Shown here: positions 50,336 through 64,000 of the stretch, piece after piece
Layout of the letters: each line of letters opens with the position of its first letter
How positions within the stretch are numbered: position 1 is the stretch's first letter
Origin: Eledone cirrhosa
Lineage: Eukaryota
Assembly: GCA_964016885.1 (NCBI GenBank)
Contig: OZ024750.1
Coordinates: 50,344,001-50,408,000, forward strand
Direction: 5' to 3'
DNA length: 64,000 bases
The notes under the pieces: generated by a model
The model's database searches: none
What the model was told of the DNA's origin: nothing
The model's input: the letters and a program-made list of their open reading frames with translations, nothing else
Program-made: the position numbers and the translations under genes

Positions 50336-50461
50336 TATGTGTCTATGTTTGTGTGTGTTTATGTGTGTGTGTGTGTGTTAGCATTTGTATGTGTTTGAAG
50401 ACTAGTGCGTTTATACATCTGTATCTATGCCATATATATATATTTATATATATATCTATAT

Positions 50462-50569
<108 letters not shown>

Positions 50570-50632
50570 ATATAGAATGGGAAAAATTAGCTAAATGGGA
50601 AAATTTAGCTAAATGGGAAAAATTAGCTATAT

Positions 50633-50714
<82 letters not shown>

Positions 50715-50717
50715 ATA

Positions 50718-51193
50718 TAGAATGGGAAAAATTAGCTAAATGGGAAAAATTAGCTAAAACCCAAAGCTTTTCCAGGAGCCAAAATTTCTGCAAATTGTGT
50801 AATCTTGAGATTTATTACATAATCACACACAAGAAGAAACTGCTGAATAACAGAATTGAACGAACATTATTCTGCCGTCACAGAACTAAAACCCTTTTTT
50901 CCCACTACAAGCCGAATATTACATAAAAGAGGGACATCCCCCAACTATATAAACCTTAATCTAATTAGAAAAATATAAAAACAATCTCTTCTCAACATAT
51001 ATTAATAACCTTAAATTACCACACTAATAATGGAAAGATATGCTGATGAGAATAGGTACAAATATGCGATAATGAATGTGTCTAAAAACGTCCATAAGTA
51101 TGTACATATATGTGAAAATGTGTATAAATAAGTAAATATATATATATGTTTGATGTGTATAGTTAGATGTAAGTGTATTCATGTATTAAAGTG

Positions 51194-51259
<66 letters not shown>

Positions 51260-51973
51260 TGTATATATGTGTATATGGATGTGTATGTATGTGTATGTGT
51301 GTACACATGGACTAGAGTATGTATGTATATATGTGTGTGTCTATACGTGTGTATATAAAGATAAGTTGAGTATGAAAATGTATACACATGAGCGCGTATG
51401 TATGTACATGAATACATGTGTGTATATATATGTGTATGCATGTGTATATATATGTAAGTATGAATATGTGAATTGTGAGTATATGTATTTTGTAGAGGTG
51501 TGCAAATATATTTGTTTGTGAATGCGTGGGTGAAAGGATACGTACACTTGAAAGAAAAATTTAAGTCTGAATGTTAATTAAGTGCAAACACAAAACCAAC
51601 CACGCATATCTTTACTATCTCTAATCCTTCTATAGATTTAAAAAATAACCAATAATATATTCTATAAAAAATGTCAAAACAACAGATGGGAATCTAATTA
51701 CTCACTGCCACCAAGAATTCTCACTGCTATCGAAAAACCACTCCTTCAACTATTCTTCTAACAACTTCACCCCTCCCTCCTAATATTCTCTATAAAAACT
51801 AAATAGGTCCTCAGTAATATTATTCTGATGAAATGACAGTAAATAATAACATTGAAATATTGAATGTCTGCATAACTAAAAGTTTGTAGATAGCAGCTGT
51901 TTTAGGTTATGTAACTGTTATAGAAACACGTGTCAATAAATTCCTTTCAACTAAACTGTATCCATTCAAATCT

Positions 51974-51975
<2 letters not shown>
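50718..51975 (+). mobile_element. PLE 3' remnant: endonuclease tail, microsatellite-rich UTR and HHR
   Basis: EWEKLAKTQSFSRSQNFCKLCNLEIYYII..LLNNRIERTLFCRHR at about 50720-50885, with an HHR at 51820. Confidence 0.75.
51820..51939 (+). ncRNA. Type I hammerhead ribozyme with very long stem II
   Basis: TTATT-CTGATGA-aATGACAGT...ACTGTTATa-GAAAC-ACGT-GTC-AATAA. Confidence 0.83.
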
Positions 51976-52030
<55 letters not shown>

Positions 52031-52123
52031 GTGTGTGTATGTATATGTCAGTATATGTATTTGTGTGTGTATGCGTATGTATATGTGTATGTCCGTGTAT
52101 GTTCGTGTATATATATCTATATA

Positions 52124-52172
<49 letters not shown>

Positions 52173-52176
<4 letters not shown>

Positions 52177-52680
52177 CAGCACAGACTCCACTACAGCAAT
52201 GAAGAGGCGGATTTTCAGGTCTCTACGAAGGTCCGACTTCCACACCGATCTCAAGCCGTGGTACGCCGCCCAGGCCTTGCTCTTCCTCTCAACTTGTACA
52301 CTGACCAGGAAACTCACTCAGATGCTGGATGGGTGCTACACGAGAATGCTGAGGATGGCTCTGAACATTAATCAGTATACACTGAGGATGAAAAACTCAG
52401 AGCTGTATGGGAGCATCCCAAAGGTCAGCTCAAAAGTGACACAGAGGAGACTGAGGTTAGCTGGACATGCTCACCGACATCGAGAGTTGACATTGCACTG
52501 AGTGCTCCTTTGGGAGCCCCTACATGGACACACTAGAAGAGGAAGATCAAGGTTAACGTATGTTGATGCCCTAAGGACAGATACTGGTCTGTTGGAGACG
52601 CAGGATATGGCAGCTATAATGAAGGACAGAGACCGCTGGAGAGAACTCGTCCATGGATCTCGGGAATTTTACCCGCTTAG
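52173..52680 (+). mobile_element. RTE-type LINE 3' fragment with 5' inversion
   Basis: 52173-52293 is antisense ([14 protein letters not shown]) and about 52298-52680 is sense (TLTRKLTQM..to the end). Confidence 0.9.
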
Positions 52681-52924
52681 AATAGAATATATATATATAT
52701 ATACATATGTGTATGTATATATATATTTTTTATTTTTATCTAAACGTGAGTATATGTGTGTGTGTGTATATATGCACACATGTCTTTTTCTATATTGTAT
52801 ATACTTTTATATATTATTTTTTTTACCCTTCTTTTCTTATGTATATTTCCCGTTATCTTTCCAGCCTCACTTCCAATGTTTAACAAATTTTAAATCTCAT
52901 TTCATAGTTTTCATCCATAACATC

Positions 52925-52990
52925 TCTGTCTGATGATCGATCCAGACGTATATTAATATTGTCTGTGATGCAGAAACCTTTGGTAATGGA
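52925..52990 (+). ncRNA. Type I hammerhead ribozyme (same family as 44993-45057)
   Basis: TCTGT-CTGATGA-..CAGAC..GTCTG..-GAAACC-TTT-GGTA-ATGGA. Confidence 0.7.
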
Positions 52991-53516
52991 CTAGTTATAT
53001 TTTGTGTTGTTCACTTTCTAATTAGATAGATTTGTTCTATACATAGAGCACTCTTTTTTTCATTGCTTTTCCTTCGGAATCACCTAACACATATAGTTTA
53101 TCATCTATAAATATACCCTGTATGCTTGCATATACATTTCTATTATGAATCACTCTATATTTAGAGCTATATAATCCTAACCAGATAAGCTCACATTGAC
53201 TGATCTATTATTAATATGGGAATTTGTGTGAGGATGTACGCAATTCAAATTTTCCCAGTTTACCCAGCTGGAGAAAAGCGTTGCCAATAGAGCTTCGTAC
53301 CAGGAACGACAACGGCATGCATGGACGACTGCTAGTCTAACATAAACAACTTTCTCCGGACTGTCTAGGTGCAAATCTGATGGTCAATCGTGACCCAAGG
53401 GGTCCATACATTCATTTTATTATATATATATATATTGATTTTGTACCTAATTGTGTATGGTTAGCTCTATGTCTAGTCAGTTTCTACGTGCTATTGGAAA
53501 TACTAGGTAAATATTG

Positions 53517-53574
<58 letters not shown>

Positions 53575-53577
<3 letters not shown>

Positions 53578-54804
53578 AATTAGTATATCTAGTAACATAT
53601 ATATACACAGATGCATACTTATGCTAGCAAATATATTGGTTTTGTCTTAGTAACTTTGTGGTTCAATGCATGGGGATGCAGAACAATAATATGAGAGACG
53701 TAAAATAAGAAAATTATAAAATTAACTTACTTACTAAAATTTCACTCCAACTAATTATTTTCTGAAAGGGAATAAACATAGTTTCCGAAGAAACGTACGG
53801 AGTAGCCTTTCGTCATCAGGGATGTCTATTCTCTGCTAAGTTTCCAGGCAATACGTGGACACAGGGAACGTATACAAAAATAATTCAGTGGATGGAAAAA
53901 AGCAAAGCGTGGACTAAATTCCAAGCCATTGAAAAAATCACTGCCTACTGCGTCTGTGGCAAATTCAAAAGAATCAGTCACGTGACATCGAGGTCAATCA
54001 GTGAAGTGTGGTTTGTTCAGAAGACAGCAGCCGGACCGTTACTATAGTAGCAGTTTTGGCCAATTTTTGCTCGACAAAATAATTTGGAGATAATTATAAA
54101 GAATTAGTATATCTAGTAACATATATATACACAGATGCATACTTATGCTAGCAAATATATAGGTTTTGTCTTAGTAACGTTGTGGTTCAATACATGGGGA
54201 TGCAGAACAATAATATGAAAGACGTAAAATAAGAAAATTATAAAATTAACTTACTTACTAAAATTTCACTCCAACTAATTATTTTCTGAAAGGGAATAAA
54301 CATAGTTTCCGAAGAAACGTGCGGAGAAGCCTTTCGTCATCAGGGAAGTCTATTCTCAGCTAAGTTTCCAGGCAATACGTGGACACAGGGAACTTATACA
54401 AAAATAATTCAGTGAATGGAAAAAAGCAAAGCGTGGACTAAATTCCAAGCCATTGAAAAAATTCACTGCCTACTGCATCGGTGGCAAATTCAAAAGAATC
54501 AGTCACGTGGCATCGAGGTCAATCAGTGAAGAGTGGTTTGTTAAGAAGACAGCAGTAGGCAGTGATTTTTTCAATGGTTTGGAATTTAGTCCACGCTTTG
54601 CTTTTTTCCATCCACTGAATTATTTTTGTATAAGTTCCCTGTGTCCATGTATTGCCTGGAAACTTAGCTGAGAATAGACTTCCCTGATGACGAAAGGCTT
54701 CTCCGTACGTTTCTTCGGAAACTATGTTTATTCCCTTTCAGAAACTAATTAGTTGGAGTGAAATTTTAGTAAGTAAGTTAATTTTATAATTTTCTTATTT
54801 TACG

Positions 54805-54810
<6 letters not shown>
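53575..54810. mobile_element. Family A subfamily tandem repeat, period 524 bp, about 1.9 units minus plus about 0.5 unit inverted
   Basis: HHRs at 53744-53824 (-), 54268-54348 (-) and 54679-54759 (+). Orientation switches at about 54555. Confidence 0.87.
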
Positions 54811-54842
<32 letters not shown>

Positions 54843-54844
<2 letters not shown>

Positions 54845-55040
54845 GTAGGTCCCGGGTTGAGTCGGGGATAACCACAGTAAGTAAGGTACTCAATACATGG
54901 CAGAGTAAAATTTTTTATTTTATTTTTTATTTTATAGAAGGAGCTTCTACAGGAATAGTACTGTTTCATTCAGATGAAATCTTCATGAAGATTTCATCTG
55001 AATGAAACAGTTCTAGTCCTGTAGAAGCTCCTTCTATAAA
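54843..55040 (-). mobile_element. Mini-copy of the 13660-13795 PLE terminus with a 110-bp palindrome (54931-55040)
   Basis: Sequence identity to the pLTR end, with the axis of symmetry at CTTCA|TGAAG inside the HHR core. Confidence 0.88.
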
Positions 55041-55091
55041 ATAATATATATATATATATACTATAGAGGTTTACTTATACATAAACTAGAC

Positions 55092-55139
<48 letters not shown>

Positions 55140-55148
<9 letters not shown>

Positions 55149-56448
55149 GTTTACATATACAAAAACTAGACACAACCATATATATATATATATGTGTGTG
55201 TTCTTGGCAACCATTCACGGTGTGGCTCAATGACGAATTAATTAATTAAATAATCAACAATCAGAGCAATATATAAGAAAGTAAGTCCATAGAATCATTT
55301 GATAAAATATATACAGTATTTCTTCTCCCAATCAGCATAATCAACCACATAAAAAAATCAATTAAACGAGGCTATAAGTTTAAAATGTACCTATGAAGAA
55401 ACAATAGATAAATAAATGATAGCTATTTTATCCGCGACCCACAGCCACTGAAGATTTACCTAGTATTTCTAATAGCCCGTAGAAATTGACTTGACATATA
55501 GTTAACCATACACAATTAGGTACAAAATAAAAGTTAGAAGAAAAAATGTACAAAAACATACCAAAATTATTTTTTTACCCCATGAGATTTCATTCGCTTT
55601 TTGGAAATATCCGATCAACGAGTTTCGAATTCACCAGGAAACAAACTCAATTGGACACAGATTTTTTTTAAATAATCCCCGCCATAAACGAATTCAAAAT
55701 GTATGAAAAATACTGTATATATTTTATCAAATGATTCTATGGACTTACTTTCTTATATATTGCTCTGATTGTTGATTATGTAATTAATTAATTTGTCATT
55801 GAGTCACACCGTGAATTGTTGTCAAAAACACATATATTTATATATATATGGCTCTGTCTAGTTTATGTATATATAAAACTCTATATTTTATACTCCCGTA
55901 ATATTGAGTAAAACTTTAGCCAGTATTCGGCTGCGCTCTCTAGCAACCAGCCTACTCGCGCTCAGGCACCAATAACAAGCTATCTGACTTGACCACTGTC
56001 CATGTGACAATTCTTAGCCATTTTGAATTCGTTTCTGGCGGGGATCATTTAAGAAAAATGTTTGTCCCATTGAGTTTGTTTCCTGATTATTTCGAAATTC
56101 GTTGATTTATCCTTGATCGGATATTTCCAAAATCGAATGAAACCTCGTGGGGTAGAAACAAGTTTGGTATGTTTCTGTACATTTTTCTTCTAACTTTGAT
56201 TTTGTACCTAATTGTGTATGGTTAACTATATGTCTATTCAGTTTCTACGGGCTATTAGAAATACTAGGTAAATCTTCTGTGGCTGTTGATCGCGGATAAA
56301 ATAGCTGTCATTTATTTATATATTGTTTGTTTCTTCATAGGTACATTTTAAACGTATAGCCTCGTTTAATTGATTTTTTTATGTGGTTGATTTTGCTGAT
56401 TAGGAGGAGAAATACTGTATATATTTTATCAAATGATTCTATAGACTT

Positions 56449-56452
<4 letters not shown>
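55140..56452. repeat. Nested inverted repeats of a further PLE-like terminal family
   Basis: About 55198-55320 is mirrored at 55710-55830, and about 55280-55700 is mirrored at 56020-56452. CTGAAGA...GAAA lies at about 55448-55486. Confidence 0.75.
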
Positions 56453-56489
<37 letters not shown>

Positions 56490-56802
56490 AACTTGGTGTG
56501 TAACTTCCGGAAACCCAGACTCTTATCGACTAATATCTAATAAGTATCGATCAGGTCTAGGTTCTTCATTAACCTGGCTGTATTTTCCGTGGCTGTGGTA
56601 TTAAGGTGGCAACATGCCTCTGATCGCATTTTCCATAGTGTCACTATTACCTAACTTGTGTTTACTCTGAGGGGTAATTTATTGATCGCTCTCTCATTGA
56701 GTGCTGTGTCACAGTCTTCCACAATCGGATGCGAATCTGCTACACGCAGCTGCAACTTCAGTTATACTCATTACTATATATATATAAAAATATATATATA
56801 TA

Positions 56803-58340
<1,538 letters not shown>

Positions 58341-58710
58341 ATATATATATATATTCCAAACAACGAGCAGCGGAGGACGCGTTTCGCACCTTTCCTACAG
58401 ATAACCTTTCCCCCACCCCAGAAAAAACCCCAGTTGATGGATGTGAATCCGAAATATATAGGGACAATTAAATCTCTCCCAAGGTAACTCTCTCTCGTGT
58501 TGTTATTTTAATTTTATCCTTTATGCTCTTTCCTTCATTCCTGTACACGTCTTATACACGCCACGCATCTCAACGTACACCCACTCACATCTCTCTCTCC
58601 ACCACCGGATCTTGTTACCCGGAGATTTGCCCATTTGCATTGTCGAGGCTTCCATACGACTTAAAGAAATTTACCTTATTATTCCACAATGCTTCAAGCA
58701 AACTTCAATA

Positions 58711-59846
<1,136 letters not shown>

Positions 59847-61494
59847 GTGAACAGCAAAATATATAACTACTCTATTACCAAAGGTTTCTAATTTAATACC
59901 TCTCTTTTATACATAGAGCACTCTTTTTGGCTTTGCTTTTTCTTCGGAAATACTTTATATATATATATAAAGATAGAAAAATGGGTCTGTAGATAGATAG
60001 ATCGACAGATAGATATGGATATATACATACATAATATATATGTGTACATACTCGGTATATAAGCGTGTGTGTGTGCGCCTGTGTGTATATAAATGTGTAT
60101 GTACATCTGTTTTCATGCATGTGCTTTGGCAGTATTCTTACAGCGAAAATATTTTGAACGATTCAAATGTGAGACGTTGAATAAATAGTTTTTAATCTTC
60201 ATATTTCCACATCAGTGGGAGAGACTGGCGAATCTTTATATTTCAACAGTTAGTATTTGGAATAGCTTCTAGTCTTCTTATCGCTTCATTATACTTAATT
60301 TCATAATTCGCTGAATTCACGCTGATTAAAGTAGTATTAAATTAAAATAAAATACTACAGTGGGCACGTGTTATCTGCTTCAAGTAAAAGTTAACATTTG
60401 GAAAATGTTAATTTCAGCTCAGTAAATCATAATATTTAATAATATTTTTTCACTTCTGTATAACAAAATGTCTATTAATTAGTATTTTTTTCTTCTGTTT
60501 AATCTTAAATAATTGTTTTAAATTGCAATAGAGAAATTAATGGTTGGAAATGTACTTAAACAATTATTTTTTATTATGTAAGAGACAAACAGCGATACCT
60601 CTAACATGCATTGGATTCTATTTTGTGGTTATATTCTTTTATTGGTTTAATTTAAGGTAAGGCCTAGCTGGGGCACAACCGTAATGGTGTTTAGTTGATC
60701 ATATTGACACCAGTATATATATTTTTAATCCTGTACATATTTCATCGAGCCTTTATTCTTGTCGAACCATTAATTTACAGGACATAAGCGGCAGTAAATC
60801 TGAGCACAAACTAGAACTGTCTCATACGTATGAAACAGTTTTAGTCCTGTAGAAGACTTTTCTATATAAACCTCTGTTGTCACTCTACACATGTATTGAG
60901 TACATTCTTTACATTCTTTACTGTTGTTATCCAATAAATCGACTAGGGATCAACACACATACATACACACACACATACACACACATGCACACACATACAT
61001 ACATACACAAATACATACACATACACATATATATATATATATTTTTTTTATACTTTGGTAGTGCCATACTGCCAAAAAGACACACGCATCTGGTGAGTTC
61101 ACTCCATATATTACACCAATAGGGCAATTAAATAAACAAACATCGGGTTATTAAAATAACCAAATGGAAATTTGTAATAAATTGAAATGAATACCAACAG
61201 GTGCGTGTGTATTTATTGTCGGTATGACCCAACCAAATATTGAAATATCTGTTTCAACACACATTTTGAGATAAAAAATCTTGCAAAACAAATACAGAGA
61301 CGAAAACAAATGCAGACACGAATGGAAACAAAACTATATATATATTTGTTTTGCGAGGTTTTTGATATGAAATTGTGTGTGGAAACAAATATTCTTATAC
61401 TTGGGGAGAGTCATATTGTTGTAATAATATTGCCAGAAATAATAACAGAACACACCCACTGTTTGGTAGGTTTTTGCTTCTGTATCTTTTATAT

Positions 61495-62895
61495 CTAACA
61501 ATAGACTCCCTGTATTAGACACATAACTCTGTATTAACATTATAGACGAGAAGGACTAAATTCTCCACTCACACTACGCTAAACCCAAGGCCTCCAAATA
61601 CCTGATACTCTAAAACTCAGCAATGTCCAGTAGTGCTAAGTTTATTATTCTGATCGCAGACTTGGTACGAGTGAAGAAGAACGTGTCCCGTATGTGCGAC
61701 CCAACAGAAATGGAAAGACACATCCAACACTTCATCAACCGCATGTAGTTCTCTGGCTACAACCAAAGAGACAGAATCAGAGTATACAAAGTAGCCACGG
61801 AGAAGTTTAAGACCCTCATAGAACTGGACATGAAAGGAATTTGCCCATTATACAATAGCAAATTATGGAATAGCTTAGATAGGACTAAACATAAGATAGA
61901 GAAAGCCGCCTCATGGTACGACAACCAGAGATACCAGAGTGTCATGTTAGTGGACGCTACCCCTGGAGGGGAATTAGCTAACCAGTGTAGAAAGGCCCTG
62001 AGAAAGACCCACTTAAAGATTAAAGAGGTAGAAAAGCCATAAAGTGGTAGAAAAGTCATATGGTACAACTACCATAAAATCACTGATCAGCAAAACATAC
62101 CCCTTTAAGAAAACCCTCTGTACTAATAGGAAATGTGTTATATGTAAAGTAAACCCCCAGATAAACTGTAAAACTAGAAATGTAGTCTATAGCATAAGAT
62201 GTAGATAGGGTACTTCCAGAGACATGACAACAACATATATACATAGGCGAGACAGCTCGAGGCATAGGAGAAAGAATAGACCAACACTAGGGGGAATTAA
62301 AAGGACGAAAAAATGGTTCAGTACTATACGAACACGCCAGACAACAACATGACGGTAACATAGTCAACATAGAAATAAAAATAATATCTAAACAAACAAA
62401 TGACCCAGCAGATAGGCAGATCAGAGAGGCAAGCGAAATAGAGCTTGGAAAGACAAAGCTAAACAGAAAGAATGAATAGAATAACAACAACACCCAAATA
62501 AACAATACTGACTCAAGAGAAATATAAATAAATAAATATATATATATATATATACACAATAACAACAAACACATATAAACACACACTAGTAAACTAAAAT
62601 AGAATACAATAACCAAAACAGAGTCACCCAAACGCGAACACACACCAAACACTATACACACACGCAAAGGCATGCACAGAAAAGAAGACAAAAATAAATA
62701 AGTAAATAAACAGATAAGATAAAAATGGCGTAGACATACAATACAACAGGAGGAACATAATAGTACCACTGATGATTTTGCAGATGTGCAACGAAAGAAC
62801 TTTGTTAGACTATATACTGTATATATGTGTTTTAATCTGTATTTTTGAACGTTGTTCTGTCAATGATAAACATTGAGAACCAAATGAATTAACTG
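61495..62895 (+). mobile_element. Decayed PLE of a second clade (RT thumb plus GIY-YIG), with an HHR-like core at 62769-62805
   Basis: RLPVLD, HYAKPKASK, SGYNQRDR, VMLVDATPGGELA, NCKTRNVVY, YIGETARGIGERIDQH, SVLYEH and RQIREA, followed by CTGATGA-tttTGCAgatgTGCAac-GAAA. Confidence 0.85.
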
Positions 62896-63001
62896 ATATG
62901 AAAGATACAGAAGCGAAAATCAACCAAACTGTGAGAGTGTTCTGTTATTATTTCTGGCAGTAGTATTACAACAATATGACCCTCCCCATGTATAACAATA
63001 C

Positions 63002-63059
<58 letters not shown>

Positions 63060-63342
63060 ATGTATATATTAAATGAAGTATACATATCTAGACGCGTATA
63101 GATACAAGTATAGATGTATGCATACATACATATAGGGTGTCCAATATATATATGTATATAAATATATATATATATATATATATTTCGTTTCTGAATTTGT
63201 TTAGCAAGATCCTTGAGCAAGACACTTTATTTCACGTTGCTCCTTCTACCTGGAGTTGCGACCGATAGATAATATTAGAAATTGGAAAGACCAACGGAAA
63301 CATTGTTCCCTCGGTCCGATTTGACGAAAGTCGATCGTTCCT

Positions 63343-63383
<41 letters not shown>

Positions 63384-63546
63384 TATACATATACACACAT
63401 ACACGTACATACATATACATACGTACACATAGAAATATACACAAGCATAAACAGACACACACAAATATACATATATATATATATATTACATACACATGTA
63501 TATATATATATACATATATACACAAATATATACACATATATATATG

Positions 63547-63582
<36 letters not shown>

Positions 63583-63612
63583 CACATACTGACACACATA
63601 TATATATACATA

Positions 63613-63647
<35 letters not shown>

Positions 63648-64000
63648 GTATACATATATATATGTATAAATACGTACATACATACACTACTAAATATACA
63701 CATACACACACACACATACATGTATAAAAATGAAGTATGCTCTACCCGTGGAAAAAGCAGATAGGTATGAAGTACTTATATAACCATAGTGCCGTGTTTC
63801 GGTTCGAGAGGGGGGAGGAGGAGGGGGGAAGGAGGTGGAGGGGGTATTTTGTCGAGTAGGGTTTTAAAAAGAAAAAGAAAATATTTTTAGACATCTGGCA
63901 TCAACACTGCTTAATGTTTTTCTGCATGCAATTCGGGCAGTGTTCACCCTTATTTCAGTGTTCATCCTTATTTCAGCCTTAAAGAATTAGCTCATAAAGA

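Noticed and set aside
58425-58465. Degenerate HHR-like TTGATGG..GAAATATATAGGGA
   Set aside because: The core has too many deviations to call

Overview
Eukaryotic, AT-rich, microsatellite-saturated non-genic DNA. The SINE sequence and repeat landscape suggest an octopod cephalopod, which is an inference from recognising the repeat style. No intact host gene is supported, and most ORF-track entries are translations of (TA)n, (CA)n or (GA)n. Recognisable transposon relics are: a decayed Helitron Rep/PIF1-helicase joined to a Tx1/L1-type LINE fragment, a near-full-length decayed RTE-type LINE plus two 5'-inverted copies, two copies of a short RTE-like non-autonomous element, an R4/NeSL-type RLE-LINE fragment, a CRE-like fragment, an internally deleted mariner, a hAT MITE, many tRNA-derived SINEs, and at least eight Penelope-like element (PLE) remnants. 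The main signal lies outside the ORF track. More than 20 type I hammerhead ribozyme (HHR) motifs from roughly ten sequence families can be read directly from the sequence. Some lie in PLE 3' ends. Two families form non-coding tandem monomers (about 524-556 bp and about 460 bp) with one HHR per monomer, compensatory base changes in the stems and fold-back inversions. These are candidate retrozymes expected to release small, possibly circular RNAs. All ribozyme calls are by-eye motif and pairing assignments, and activity is untested.
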